62,875 nucleotides of DNA, taken from a virus. The stretch is from the IMG/VR virus record IMGVR_UViG_3300030739_000001; one strand, 5' to 3'. Under the pieces are notes generated by a model that saw nothing but the letters and a program-made list of their open reading frames with translations, ran no database searches and was not told where the DNA came from. Below are positions 24,493 through 33,963 of this stretch, one piece after another (position 1 is the stretch's first letter; each line of letters begins with the position of its first letter). The translations under genes and the position numbers were made by a program.

Positions 24493-26886
24493 CTAGACCT
24501 GGCACCCCGCGTACGCCTTCGCGATCTCCGCAGGCGTGGTCATCAGCGCGTTGGCCGAGCCCGGCTTCACGTACAGGATCGGCCGCCCGCCATCCGGCAC
24601 GGCGACGGCGTTGTGCGTGCGGCCATGCTCCAGCGCCGGGTGCGGCACCCAGCCGATGGTCTTCATCATCTGCTTGCGGCGGATCGGCGACATGAACCTG
24701 CCGTGCCCGCTGTCCTCGAGCAGACCCTTCAGGTAGGTGCTGCTGACCCAGTCGCCGCGGAAGCCCATCTTGCCCTCCTCCACGGCCTCGAGCACGAGCT
24801 GCTCCACGATGCCTCGCCCGTTGTCCACGGCGTCTTGATAGCTGGACGATCTCGGCGCGCGTTGGGCGCCACGGGTCGGGTCGAAGCGCTCGGGGATCTC
24901 GTAGTGGGCGAGGTAGTAGGCGCAGATGGCCTTCCCGTCTTCCCGGTCGAGCCACTCGTAGAGGCGGCGCATGTAGGCGGACACGTCGGGCCCGAACGCC
25001 AGGTTGAGGCTGGCCTCGTCCTGCTGCGCGCAGAACAGCATCCCATAGCGGCGATCGTTGAGCGTTTTGCGGATGCCGTCCTTGTGGTTCGTGTTGATGA
25101 TGAAGTTGCCGCAGATGTTGGCGCTGTATTGGTCGACGCCCTTGCCCTCGATCTCCAGGCCGCGACCGCCGGTCACCATCGGCTTCATCTCCTCGAGCAC
25201 CGCCTCGCCGCTCTGCCCTGGCGTGTAGATGTCCTCGACGCAATAGAGCACCTTGTTCACCATCCACGCGTTGAACTGCTTGCCCAGCTTCGAGGCCCGC
25301 GGCCAGTGGGTGTATTCGTCGCCCACGGCGTAGGCGGTGACGGTCGAGAAGAACGTCTTGCCGTTGCCCTCGACGCCTTGCAGCACGGGGCACCAGGGGA
25401 ATTTGCGGCCGGGGTATTGGACACAGGCGGCCAGGTAGGACAGCAGGATCGTGGCGTCGTCGCCGTTGGGCAGCACGCGCTTGAGGTGGTCGAGGAACGG
25501 CGTGGCGTCACCGTCGACCATGCGCACGTTGGGCGGCATGTAGACGTTGACCGCGCGGCGCCGGCCTTCCATCACGATGTGCCCGAACGGGAACTCGGGG
25601 CGGAACGTCGTGGTGTCGGCGCGCGGGAACTCCACGTCTTGGTTCTCGGTGAACGCCTCCCACGCGCTGTTGGTGGTCTTGGCCTTGGCGCCACCCAGCA
25701 GGAACGCATAGCCGCCGAACAGCGTACGGAACTGATCCGGCCGCAGCATCTGGCCGTTGGCGATCAGCACCTTGTGCAGGTCGGTCACGTAGACGCACCC
25801 TTGGAACAGGCGGATCTGGTCCTCCCGCGAGACGAACGTCCGCCCCGCATTGGCCTTGGCCTCAGGCTTGTAGCTACCCGGCACCGGCCCACCAGGTGCG
25901 GCCGCGCTCTCGGCAGGCGCGGCCGCACCATGCAATCCAAGCGCGGCCGCGCGGTCTACCGCAGCGCTCGGCTTGGCCTTGTAGCAGCCCGAGCCGGCGG
26001 TGCCGCGCGCCACGGTGCCCTTGATGTAGTCGTCGCGGTCCCACTTCTCGCGCGCCAAGCCCGACGTGTGGGCGACACGCACCATCTGCGCGGCGTTGTG
26101 GCCGGTGGCCCACGCGAGGTCGGAGAACAGCGCCAGGTCGGCGCTGCTGCGGTCGAACACGTCCGTCGTGCTCGGGTAGTAGCGCGCCATCGTGTCGGGG
26201 TCGCCCTCCATCAGCTCCTGAAAGGTGGCCTTGCTGCCGAAGATGCGGCCGGTGGACTTGATGTTGGAGCACAGGCGGACCACCTCCTCGTCGGACAGCG
26301 CCGGCCCGACCCAGTCGGGGTGCCGGTAGTCCTCGTCCCACGACACGTCGCCGCTGCCTGCAGCGACCGGGAAGTAGCGCGCCAGCACCGCGGCGATGCC
26401 GAGGCAGGGCTGCTCCATCGAGCCGAACCAGTAGGTGCCGGTCACGATGTGTCTCTTGTCGCTGTACGCCTCGATGTGAAGCGGCGTGTTCTTCATGCTG
26501 TGCGGCGGCACGATGCCCCAGCACCAGCCGTGCACGCCGTTGCCGCTGACGGACACCTCCCACAGCACGTTGTCGCCGAGCTGCGCCATGATGTCTTGCA
26601 GCGTCTGGTTGGGCTTGCGGTCGGCCTCGAAGCAGTTGTCGAAGTCGAAGCAGATCACCGCGGTTTGCGAGCCGGGGATCGTGTGCAGCACGAAGCTGTG
26701 GTGCGCTTGGCCGCAGGCGATGGCCTCGGCGCGCGTCATCCAGTTGGCCGGGTCCACCGCAGACACGTGGTGGCCTGCGCGGTTGACCGTCACCTTCTTG
26801 AGCTTGCCCGGATGCTCCGGGTCAGGCGTCACCGCGGTGGGCGTCCACTGCGGGTAGCGTTCGAGGAATGCGTAGGGGTTGGTCAT
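24493..26886 (-). CDS. Bifunctional AEP primase-polymerase / SF3 (D5/P4-type) helicase
   Basis: 797 aa. Contains the DFD motif (VICFDFDNCF), SGNGVHGW and the Walker A GVEGNGKTFF. Confidence 0.8.
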   Translation of the reverse strand: MTNPYAFLERYPQWTPTAVTPDPEHPGKLKKVTVNRAGHHVSAVDPANWMTRAEAIACGQAHHSFVLHTIPGSQTAVICFDFDNCFEADRKPNQTLQDIMAQLGDNVLWEVSVSGNGVHGWCWGIVPPHSMKNTPLHIEAYSDKRHIVTGTYWFGSMEQPCLGIAAVLARYFPVAAGSGDVSWDEDYRHPDWVGPALSDEEVVRLCSNIKSTGRIFGSKATFQELMEGDPDTMARYYPSTTDVFDRSSADLALFSDLAWATGHNAAQMVRVAHTSGLAREKWDRDDYIKGTVARGTAGSGCYKAKPSAAVDRAAALGLHGAAAPAESAAAPGGPVPGSYKPEAKANAGRTFVSREDQIRLFQGCVYVTDLHKVLIANGQMLRPDQFRTLFGGYAFLLGGAKAKTTNSAWEAFTENQDVEFPRADTTTFRPEFPFGHIVMEGRRRAVNVYMPPNVRMVDGDATPFLDHLKRVLPNGDDATILLSYLAACVQYPGRKFPWCPVLQGVEGNGKTFFSTVTAYAVGDEYTHWPRASKLGKQFNAWMVNKVLYCVEDIYTPGQSGEAVLEEMKPMVTGGRGLEIEGKGVDQYSANICGNFIINTNHKDGIRKTLNDRRYGMLFCAQQDEASLNLAFGPDVSAYMRRLYEWLDREDGKAICAYYLAHYEIPERFDPTRGAQRAPRSSSYQDAVDNGRGIVEQLVLEAVEEGKMGFRGDWVSSTYLKGLLEDSGHGRFMSPIRRKQMMKTIGWVPHPALEHGRTHNAVAVPDGGRPILYVKPGSANALMTTPAEIAKAYAGCQV

Positions 26887-27590
26887 GGCATGTCGGGCCA
26901 GAAGCGATTGCTCTTGGCCAGGTTCATCTTTGCGGGGATCGGTTGCAGGTTGGCCTCACAGTGCAGACCACACACGAGGGGGCTCTGCAGCGGAACGCGG
27001 TGATCGACGTGCCAGGGCTCACCCGTGGCGTCCGTCAGCATCTCCGCGAGGAGGTAGGTGCGCGCGATGGCGTCGGGATCGGCCCATGACGGCACAGCGT
27101 TGAGCTTCGCAGCGTCGTATTTGCGACCCCATGCGCGGCAGAGGTGGCGGTTCTGCGCGCGGTAGGCCCGCATCGTCGCGGCGGCGCGCTCGGGGTTCTC
27201 GACATACCACGCGCGCGCCCGCTCCTGAGCGGCAATGCGCTTCGCTTCATCTTGAGCACGCAGGGCGGCCTCCAACGGGCCGAGGTAGATCAGGGCGACC
27301 AGGTGCCAGAAGCAGGTCGCGCGCACCACGCGACGGGCGGCCATGCGGGCGGCGCAAGCCGCAGCGAACTTGTCCTCTTGCATGCCGGATTCGCGCACCT
27401 CGTGGTAGCGCGCGTTCATCCGCTCGTGCTTGCTGGCCTTGGCCGCGGGATCCATCTCAGCCCACCGCCTGGCGCTACGCGAGGCGGCACACGCCTTGCA
27501 ATCGCACGCATGGCCTCGTTTCGCTGTCGGGTTCGGCTTGAACTCCGACAGAGGTTTGGTGTCGCCGCAGGTTCGGCACGTGTATTTCAT
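26883..27590 (-). CDS. HNH homing-type endonuclease (paralog A2)
   Basis: The likely ATG is at 27590 (MKYTCRTCGDTKPL); the track GTG at 27617 lies inside the TTCGTT box. The C-terminus HVDHRVPLQSPLVCGLHCEANLQPIPAKMNLAKSNRFWPDMP matches 4755..5348. Confidence 0.75.
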   Translation of the reverse strand: MKYTCRTCGDTKPLSEFKPNPTAKRGHACDCKACAASRSARRWAEMDPAAKASKHERMNARYHEVRESGMQEDKFAAACAARMAARRVVRATCFWHLVALIYLGPLEAALRAQDEAKRIAAQERARAWYVENPERAAATMRAYRAQNRHLCRAWGRKYDAAKLNAVPSWADPDAIARTYLLAEMLTDATGEPWHVDHRVPLQSPLVCGLHCEANLQPIPAKMNLAKSNRFWPDMP

Positions 27591-27617
27591 ATGGTTCGTT
27601 TTAACGAAGTGCTTCAC
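27591..27617 (-). promoter_or_regulatory. TTCGTT-box copy (CACTTCGTTAAAACGAACC) directly upstream of HNH A2
   Basis: Read on the minus strand. It is palindromic: TTCGTTaaAACGAA. Confidence 0.4.
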
Positions 27618-28292
27618 TCAAGCAGCAGCGATAGATTGGGCCCACGCCAGCGCGAGCGGGTACGGCACCGCGTCGGCCAGGCCGTGCTGGAGCTGCACGC
27701 AGGGGAACTTCAACTTGGATGCGGGCGGGTAGCCCTGCAGGCGTGCGCCGCGCTTCGGCCCGTAGATTCGAGCAGCCACGACGGGGTAGGCCATCAGGTC
27801 GTCCACGCTGCCCTTGAAGACGGGCTGCGGCGGCGTGATGTTGGGCGAGTGGGTGAACCAGCGCGCACGGGATTGATGCGGCTGGTAGAAGTGCATGGCG
27901 TTGCAGCGCGTGTGGACGGCGCCGGGGATCGCAATCGGCACCACGTTCTCGAACATGAACCAGTCGTAGGTGGCTGCGGCGAGCACGTCCAGCACCAGCG
28001 GCGTCAGGTCGGGGAACTTGGGCTTGCGCATCGCGCGCAGTTTGCTGTGGGCTTGGCAGGACGGGCCGCCGATGATGCCTTGGAAGTGGTGCCCCCGCAC
28101 GACATCGGGGAGGTTGGCCAGATCCCGCACGAGGTGGACATCCAGTTCGGCCGGGTGCGCGGGGTGACAAAGCGCGCCATACATGGCGCGCTTTTCAGCG
28201 TCGATCTCGCAGCCAGGGATGATGTCGAACCCGGCGTCCATGAACGCCTTGTCCAACAGGCCCATGCCCGTGCAGATACTGAGGACGCGCAT
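27618..28292 (-). CDS. DNA (cytosine-5) methyltransferase, short orphan form
   Basis: MRVLSICTGMGLLD is motif I, GGPSCQAHS is motif IV (PCQ), and FENV is motif VI. The start is in a TAATG overlap. Confidence 0.8.
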   Translation of the reverse strand: MRVLSICTGMGLLDKAFMDAGFDIIPGCEIDAEKRAMYGALCHPAHPAELDVHLVRDLANLPDVVRGHHFQGIIGGPSCQAHSKLRAMRKPKFPDLTPLVLDVLAAATYDWFMFENVVPIAIPGAVHTRCNAMHFYQPHQSRARWFTHSPNITPPQPVFKGSVDDLMAYPVVAARIYGPKRGARLQGYPPASKLKFPCVQLQHGLADAVPYPLALAWAQSIAAA

Positions 28293-28597
28293 TACCGCTG
28301 CGCGAGCCACGCCGCGGCGCGCTGCTTGAGGTCAGTGCTGGCCTTGGCAGCCACCTTGTCGTTGCGGGCGAGGCCCTGCGCGATCACGGCGAGCGACTGG
28401 CGCTTGACGGCGCGGCGCATCACGTTGCGGCGCAGTTCGGCGGTGTGGCCGAGGCGGAACGTGACGAGGCAGAACGAGACGCCGGCAGCCGTGGCGATGC
28501 CGTCACGGGTGAGATTGTCGAAGCCGATTTCCTCGGCCAGGTCGACCGCAACGTCGAGCAGATGCTCGGTGCGGGCTTCGGCGGTCATCTTGGTCAC
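28292..28597 (-). CDS. Small HTH regulator (101 aa) resembling a TetR-family N-terminal domain
   Basis: Reads TEHLLDVAVDLAEEIGFDNLTRDGIATAAGVSFCLVTFRLG. A terminator lies just upstream. Confidence 0.55.
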   Translation of the reverse strand: MTKMTAEARTEHLLDVAVDLAEEIGFDNLTRDGIATAAGVSFCLVTFRLGHTAELRRNVMRRAVKRQSLAVIAQGLARNDKVAAKASTDLKQRAAAWLAQR

Positions 28598-28604
28598 GGG
28601 TTGG

Positions 28605-28633
28605 TTATCCTGTTCGTTAAATATGCGTAGTGT
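28605..28633 (+). promoter_or_regulatory. TTCGTT-box with TAGTGT -10, oriented divergently from the regulator gene
   Basis: Reads ttatcctgTTCGTTAAATATgcgTAGTGT, which aligns with 43822-43850. Confidence 0.45.
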
Positions 28634-28654
28634 AGGCCAGCAACGCGCGGAAGT

Positions 28655-28678
28655 AAAAAGGCCCGCACGCGGCGGGCC
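28655..28678 (-). terminator. Rho-independent terminator
   Basis: The minus strand reads GGCCCGC-cgcgt-GCGGGCC followed by TTTTTACTT. Confidence 0.65.
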
Positions 28679-28682
28679 TGGA

Positions 28683-28946
28683 TCAGAGTGGTGCTGCTCG
28701 TCGGGCCCGCGTCATCGCGCCGGCCTCGCGCCACGTGATCTCCACCGCGCCGTGCGCGACGGCCAGCGCGCGCTTGGACAGGGCGATGTCGAAGTGGCTC
28801 TTGGACGTGCCCGGGTGCTGGTGCCACTTGCGCTGCACGCCGATCTTGTCGGCCATCGCCAGCAGCTCCTCGTCGGAGTCGGCCAGCATGTGGCACATCA
28901 CCATCCGCCCGAAGTTGGCGCGCATGTCATCGACGTAGACCGTCAT
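28683..28946 (-). CDS. DUF4031-like protein
   Basis: Start MTVYVDDMRANFGRMVMCHMLADSDEELLAMADKIGVQRKW in an ATGA overlap. Confidence 0.6.
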   Translation of the reverse strand: MTVYVDDMRANFGRMVMCHMLADSDEELLAMADKIGVQRKWHQHPGTSKSHFDIALSKRALAVAHGAVEITWREAGAMTRARRAAPL

Positions 28947-29269
28947 GCCCTCCTCCCCAGCCGGCGCCACCACGGCCGCGCGTTGAACGCGTCGATCCGG
29001 TCGCGCAGCGCGTTCGTCTGCTGCTCCTGCCAGTAGCGCTCGTCCTGCAGCTTGCGCCGCTCCGCATCGAACAGGATGTCGGCGATGCGCTGCACCTCGT
29101 CGTCCACGGCGAAGAAGCTGTCGTTGCCGGCGCGGTCGCGGTACTGGCGGATGTCGAGCACGCGGTACGCGAGCGTCAACGCCGCGGCGTCCGCGACCAC
29201 GATCTGGTACTGGCCCGGCCGCACGTTGATGTCGCTCTTGGTGAGCGTGTAGAGCGTGGCGCGGCTCAT
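28943..29269 (-). CDS. Hypothetical protein (108 aa)
   Basis: MSRATLYTLTKSDINVRPGQ.., with ATGA overlaps at both ends. Confidence 0.55.
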   Translation of the reverse strand: MSRATLYTLTKSDINVRPGQYQIVVADAAALTLAYRVLDIRQYRDRAGNDSFFAVDDEVQRIADILFDAERRKLQDERYWQEQQTNALRDRIDAFNARPWWRRLGRRA

Positions 29270-29547
29270 CGCTGGCCCCGATCGAGACGGGCCTGCAGCT
29301 CGGCGCACAACCACTCGAGGACGCTCACCGCCACCGGGCCGCTATCGCCGAAGACCTCCATGCCCGCATTGCGCAGGTCGGCCACGTCGATGCCGGCCGG
29401 CGGATGGGTGGCGTCGTAGCCGCGCGCGAACGCGGCGTCGAACACGCGGCGGCAGGTCACCGAGTCCAGCGCGGGGCGGTGGTCGAAGTACGGCTCCGCG
29501 GCGGCCCAGGTTGCGGCCTCGCGGAGCGCGATGTGGCGTTCGGTCAT
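29266..29547 (-). CDS. Hypothetical protein (93 aa)
   Basis: Track ORF with ATGA overlaps. Confidence 0.55.
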   Translation of the reverse strand: MTERHIALREAATWAAAEPYFDHRPALDSVTCRRVFDAAFARGYDATHPPAGIDVADLRNAGMEVFGDSGPVAVSVLEWLCAELQARLDRGQR

Positions 29548-30065
29548 GTCCTGGCTTTCTCGACCATCTCCGCCACCAGGGCGTCGAAGTCGTTGCGGGT
29601 GACGATGTCGCGTTCGGCCGAGACGTAGTCACCCGCGTGGATGAGGCCGGCCCTGACGCGGAGACGCGCGCCGGGGGGCAGGAGAGCGGGCGCGGGGCTG
29701 TTCCACTCGGCCCACAGTTCGGCCGTGGCCGGGCTCAGCGGCACCCATCGGCACGCCGCGTCGCACCACGCGTTGGCGATGTCGTGGCCTTGCGCTCCCG
29801 CCCACGTGAGGAACGCCGAGAAACTGGCATCCTTCACGCGCGGCGGCGGCGGGGCCTTGATCGGCTTGCGGATGCGCTTGATCGGAAGGCGGTACTCGCA
29901 CTCGTCGTCCTTGCGCAGATCCACCAAGTACGACAGCCGCCGCTCGCTCTTGACGAACTTCTCGATCTTGTAGCCGGCGTGCCAGCGGCCCGGCGAGTCC
30001 TGCCAGTCCACGATCTCGCCGACGGTGAACTGCACGCCGTCGCTGCGGCTCATGGTTTCGTTCAT
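29544..30065 (-). CDS. Hypothetical protein (173 aa)
   Basis: Track ORF with normal composition. Confidence 0.6.
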   Translation of the reverse strand: MNETMSRSDGVQFTVGEIVDWQDSPGRWHAGYKIEKFVKSERRLSYLVDLRKDDECEYRLPIKRIRKPIKAPPPPRVKDASFSAFLTWAGAQGHDIANAWCDAACRWVPLSPATAELWAEWNSPAPALLPPGARLRVRAGLIHAGDYVSAERDIVTRNDFDALVAEMVEKART

Positions 30066-30068
30066 GCT

Positions 30069-30440
30069 TCAGTCCTTGTAGAGCGGCGTGACCGTCCAAT
30101 CGTCACGCGCGTGGGGTTGGTGGAACGAGAGCTTGCGGGTCATGAGCCGGTGCGACAGCGCGTTGGGCTCGGTCAGCCACGCGATGGGCCTGCGCGCGGG
30201 CGTAGGCTCGCCCCGGCCGGTGAACGGCGCCACGCCGGCCGTCACGACGTAGTTCTCCCCCGGCGTCACGAGGTCGCCCGACGCATACCGCGCCCGCCCG
30301 AGCGCCGCGATGGTGGAGAACGAGCCCTTGCACCGCGAGCTGTCCGGCTGCGGCATGAGGCACGGCTGACCGACCGTGTGCTGGTCGAAGGTGGCGCGGA
30401 GGCAGAGCGTGCAGCGCGCGAGGACGGTGGTGTTCAGCAC
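30069..30440 (-). CDS. Hypothetical Cys-rich protein (about 123 aa)
   Basis: GTG start at 30440 (VLNTTVLARCTLCLRATFDQ..). The start assignment is uncertain. Confidence 0.4.
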   Translation of the reverse strand: MLNTTVLARCTLCLRATFDQHTVGQPCLMPQPDSSRCKGSFSTIAALGRARYASGDLVTPGENYVVTAGVAPFTGRGEPTPARRPIAWLTEPNALSHRLMTRKLSFHQPHARDDWTVTPLYKD

Positions 30441-31123
30441 GGCAGCGCCCTCCAGTGCGTCGGTTCCATGCCCCAATCGCTGAGGCCGTCGTTGGCGTGG
30501 TCGATCCAGCGGCCCGGCCGGTATTCGCGGTCGCGGCGCGCGGTGGTGTAGACGAACGGCGTGGTCGTGTAGCCGCTCGGGCACTTGACCAGCACGAACT
30601 GCTTGTTCGGCGGCATGCGCTCCTCCACGCTGATCCAGACCAGGGCCTGCTCCAGCTCGACGATCCGCTCGCGCTGCGCGGCCAGCACGCCGAGGCGGTC
30701 GCGCCAACCCGGGATGAACTCGTCCAGCTCACCCGTGTGGAACCCGCCGCGGCACCAACCCTCGATCAGCGCCGGTTGCGGGCTCCACTTCTTGCTGTAC
30801 GCCGCGTAGGCTTCAAGGTGCATCTCCCACGGGATGCCCGCGGCGTAGCCTTGGACCGGCGCCGTCTTGCGGAGCTGGGTCTTGGCCTGCGCCACCACGT
30901 CGCACAGCGCGGGCGTCTTCGCTGCGCCCTCCTCGCCGTTCATGGCCACGTCCAGCTCGCGCGCCATGCGCTGCACGTCCTCGGCCGCAACCCAGCTGCC
31001 AGTGGCGGGCTCGCCGCGGTGCAGCGCGTCCAGCTCGACCCGCATGTTCAGCATCTCGGCGCGCATCGTCTCGATGGCGTTCGTGGCGTCTTGCGCCAGT
31101 TCGTTGGTGGTGTCGGGGCTCAT
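30434..31123 (-). CDS. Protein with a C-terminal DUF551-like domain
   Basis: Reads ..WISVEERMPPNKQFVLVKC..THWRALPC. Confidence 0.6.
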   Translation of the reverse strand: MSPDTTNELAQDATNAIETMRAEMLNMRVELDALHRGEPATGSWVAAEDVQRMARELDVAMNGEEGAAKTPALCDVVAQAKTQLRKTAPVQGYAAGIPWEMHLEAYAAYSKKWSPQPALIEGWCRGGFHTGELDEFIPGWRDRLGVLAAQRERIVELEQALVWISVEERMPPNKQFVLVKCPSGYTTTPFVYTTARRDREYRPGRWIDHANDGLSDWGMEPTHWRALPC

Positions 31124-31497
31124 TTTGCAGACTCGTCAGTGCTGTAGAACGCGTCGATTCGGCGCTGCAGATCCCGGTTCGCCGCGCGCTGGCGACGGAT
31201 CGTGGCGTTCATGTCGTGGAAGTGCTGCCAATGCTGCGCGCTGAGACGCGCCGGGCTGATTCGCGCGGAGTCATCCTTGCCCGCGGTCTTGACCGCCTGC
31301 ACGCCGTTGGTCGCCACGTCCGCCGGCCGCCAGACGTGCCCGCAGCCGGCGCAGAGGTGCGAGCGGTGCGGTGGGTTGTCCCACGGTGCGAACTCGGGCG
31401 CCGTGCACATCTCGTGATGCTGGCTCACCTCCGGCGCGTCGATGTGCTGCAGGCCGCAGGCGGGACAGTGCAGCACCATGTCGATGACGCCGCTCAT
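31120..31497 (-). CDS. Zinc-ribbon protein (125 aa)
   Basis: MSGVIDMVLHCPACGLQH..HLCAGCGHVW, in an ATGA overlap. Confidence 0.55.
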   Translation of the reverse strand: MSGVIDMVLHCPACGLQHIDAPEVSQHHEMCTAPEFAPWDNPPHRSHLCAGCGHVWRPADVATNGVQAVKTAGKDDSARISPARLSAQHWQHFHDMNATIRRQRAANRDLQRRIDAFYSTDESAK

Positions 31498-32177
31498 CGC
31501 ACGCCCCCAACCCGCGCCAGCGCCTCGGACGCCAGCTTGAGATCCGCAGCCATCACCGCGACCTCGGCGCGCACCGCGCTCATGTCCACGTTGATGGTCA
31601 TGTTGATCTCGGAGGGCTTGGGCTTGATCTCGGCGATACGCTGCAGCAGCTCCGTCACCCACCCGAACGGCACAGCCGCGCCGACATGCGCGTAGCGAGC
31701 CATGGCCGATCCGATCTCGACGGCGCGGTCGTGCGGCGAGCCCGGCGGATCCATCTCCTCGTAGACGAACTTCGGGCGCAAGCCGAGCGGGGGCGGCGGA
31801 TCGAACGGATCGAACGCCCCGTGCTTGCGCAGCAGACCGGCGAGGCGATCCTTGATGGAGGAGATGGTGCTCCAGCTATGCACGTAGGGCCACGCGTCCT
31901 GCAGCCCAAGGTGCAGCTCCACGCGCTCCGCGGCGAGCTTCTCGATAGCGCGGTCGCGCGCGGCGATCTCGTTGGACTGGTGGGCGAGCGTCGAGAGCAG
32001 GGCGTCGTGCTTGCCCTGCAGCTCACCGATGTACTTTTGCGTCTCGGCCGCGCTCGCTTTGAGCCCCGCGGCCACCTCGCGGATGGCCGCGCCTTGCGTC
32101 AGCGAACCCCAAAAGTTGATCGCTTCGTCGGCGATGCGGTTCAGCCGGACGATCAGGCCGTCGTAAGGTGTGCTCAT
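31494..32177 (-). CDS. Hypothetical coiled-coil protein (227 aa)
   Basis: MSTPYDGLIVRLNRIADEAINFWG.., in an ATGA overlap. Confidence 0.55.
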   Translation of the reverse strand: MSTPYDGLIVRLNRIADEAINFWGSLTQGAAIREVAAGLKASAAETQKYIGELQGKHDALLSTLAHQSNEIAARDRAIEKLAAERVELHLGLQDAWPYVHSWSTISSIKDRLAGLLRKHGAFDPFDPPPPLGLRPKFVYEEMDPPGSPHDRAVEIGSAMARYAHVGAAVPFGWVTELLQRIAEIKPKPSEINMTINVDMSAVRAEVAVMAADLKLASEALARVGGVR

Positions 32178-32446
32178 GCTGCCACCACGTGGGTCGTGCC
32201 GTCGATGTGGTACTCCACGCGCTCGCCGGCCGCGGTGACCGGCACGCGGCGGTGCGTCGTCTCGTCGAAGTAGGCCATCGCGCGCGTCTCGGTCACGCCG
32301 TTGACGATCACGACGACGCGGCCCTTGGGGTCGCGCGCCAGGCGCTCGACGGCGTCCTGCAGGATGCGCTGCATACCGCCCTGGGCGATCTGCCGCGGTG
32401 CGCCGTCGTGGCGTCGGTAGGCGTGAGCCTTGCGGATCTCGCTCAT
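32174..32446 (-). CDS. Hypothetical protein (90 aa)
   Basis: MSEIRKAHAYRRHDGAPRQIAQG.., in an ATGA overlap. Confidence 0.5.
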   Translation of the reverse strand: MSEIRKAHAYRRHDGAPRQIAQGGMQRILQDAVERLARDPKGRVVVIVNGVTETRAMAYFDETTHRRVPVTAAGERVEYHIDGTTHVVAA

Positions 32447-32937
32447 TGCGCACCGCCCATCTTGAACGGCGAGACGATCACGCGCGGTTCGATGTAGACC
32501 GGCCGCGTGGTCTTGCTCGCGGCGTCGGCGCACATCACCCACGTGCCTTCGGCGCTGGACGGCGAGAACAGGCCGTTGGGGTCGGCCTGCGGCAGGATGG
32601 CATAGCCTGCCTGGAAGCTCGCGGCGATCTTGGATGGGTTGGTGAACTGCGTGGCCGCCGGGATGCCGTAGCCGATGGAGTCGCACAGGAAAATCAGCTT
32701 GCCGGTGTTCTCCGCCACGATGTACGTGTAGGTCACCACGCCGGTCTGGTCGCGCAGCTCGATGATGTCCTTCAGCAACTTGCGCTCGCGGAAGTTCTTG
32801 ATGGCGGGCATGCCGACTTGGCTGGTGCCCTCGGCCAAGATGGCCTCTTGCTGCGCGGCTTGCACCGTGTCGGACGACTCGGCGCCCCCGCACGCGGCGA
32901 GGAGGGACAGGAGGATGAGGATGAGGAAGGTTTTCAT
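32443..32937 (-). CDS. Lipoprotein (164 aa)
   Basis: MKTFLILILLSLLAACGG carries a lipobox; ATGA overlap. Confidence 0.65.
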   Translation of the reverse strand: MKTFLILILLSLLAACGGAESSDTVQAAQQEAILAEGTSQVGMPAIKNFRERKLLKDIIELRDQTGVVTYTYIVAENTGKLIFLCDSIGYGIPAATQFTNPSKIAASFQAGYAILPQADPNGLFSPSSAEGTWVMCADAASKTTRPVYIEPRVIVSPFKMGGAQ

Positions 32938-33248
32938 TGCAGGGTGTCGATGAAGGTGGAAAGGTCGGAGGGGAGTGCGTCGCGCGGGAAGCCCGCAACG
33001 CGGTGGCGGATCAGGTCGGCGATGGCAGCCTTGTGCGCGTCGTCGGCCTGCACGTAGGCGAACTGCATGCCTCGCAGCTCCTGCGCCATGCCGTCGCGGT
33101 ACGCCTTGGACTGCTCGAACGTCGTGCGGCGGATGGCCTCCTGGCGCGGCGCGAAGTACGCCTGCATGGCGAGACCGTTGCCAGCAAACAGCCACATCAG
33201 GGCGACGAGCAGGAGCAGCCCGAAGATCCAGCAGAGGGTGTCTTTCAT
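32934..33248 (-). CDS. Membrane-anchored protein (104 aa)
   Basis: MKDTLCWIFGLLLLVALMWLFAG.., in an ATGA overlap. Confidence 0.55.
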   Translation of the reverse strand: MKDTLCWIFGLLLLVALMWLFAGNGLAMQAYFAPRQEAIRRTTFEQSKAYRDGMAQELRGMQFAYVQADDAHKAAIADLIRHRVAGFPRDALPSDLSTFIDTLQ

Positions 33249-33676
33249 TGCCGCACCCCGACGTTGTGCGCCATCGCCTCGGGGTGGAACGACGCCACGA
33301 AGCACGGGTAGTAGTCGTCCTCGTTTTCGGTGCCGACCTCCAGCACGACCTTGCCCGTCACGGCATCGACCAGTTCGAGCACGTCGTCGGTCTGATGGCC
33401 CCAGCCTTCCCCGCTCTCGGTGCGGTGCCGCGCGATGACCTGCAGCGGCGGGAACACGTTGGTCATCTCGCCCGAGCCGAGGAGCAAGTGCTCCATGGAC
33501 GAGCGGTAGCCGTCGCTCGGGTCTTCCACGGCGATGTAGACGATGCCGTCGAGGCGGAAGCGGCAGTGCTGCGCGTTCTCGAAATACCCACCGTAGGTCG
33601 GGACGCGTTCGGTAGAGAAGTCCACCGCATCGAGCACGTGCGGCCCAACGAGGGATCGCAGAGTGGGGTTTGTCAT
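33245..33676 (-). CDS. Hypothetical protein (143 aa)
   Basis: Track ORF with normal composition. Confidence 0.6.
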   Translation of the reverse strand: MTNPTLRSLVGPHVLDAVDFSTERVPTYGGYFENAQHCRFRLDGIVYIAVEDPSDGYRSSMEHLLLGSGEMTNVFPPLQVIARHRTESGEGWGHQTDDVLELVDAVTGKVVLEVGTENEDDYYPCFVASFHPEAMAHNVGVRQ

Positions 33677-33963
33677 GCAGCCCTCGACGCGACGTAGCCC
33701 ACCAGGCGCGCGGCCGGCGAGAGCGTGACGGTGCTGTAGTCGTCCGGCTTCTTCTTGTGCTCGCGCGGCGGCGCGGTCGGCAGCATGTCGAGCATCGCGT
33801 GCAGGTCTTCCACGACGCCGCGAGCCGCCTCGGCGTTGTCGGAGGCGTACTTGCGCCGACTCTCGGTATCGGCGAGATCCTTCGTCAGCTTCGCGTTGGC
33901 GGTCTGCAGCGCGGTGATCTCGTTCTGCGCCTCGAGGAGCAGCAGGGACAGGGGTTTCTTCAT
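33673..33963 (-). CDS. Hypothetical coiled-coil protein (96 aa)
   Basis: MKKPLSLLLLEAQNEITALQTANAKL.., in an ATGA overlap. Confidence 0.5.
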   Translation of the reverse strand: MKKPLSLLLLEAQNEITALQTANAKLTKDLADTESRRKYASDNAEAARGVVEDLHAMLDMLPTAPPREHKKKPDDYSTVTLSPAARLVGYVASRAA

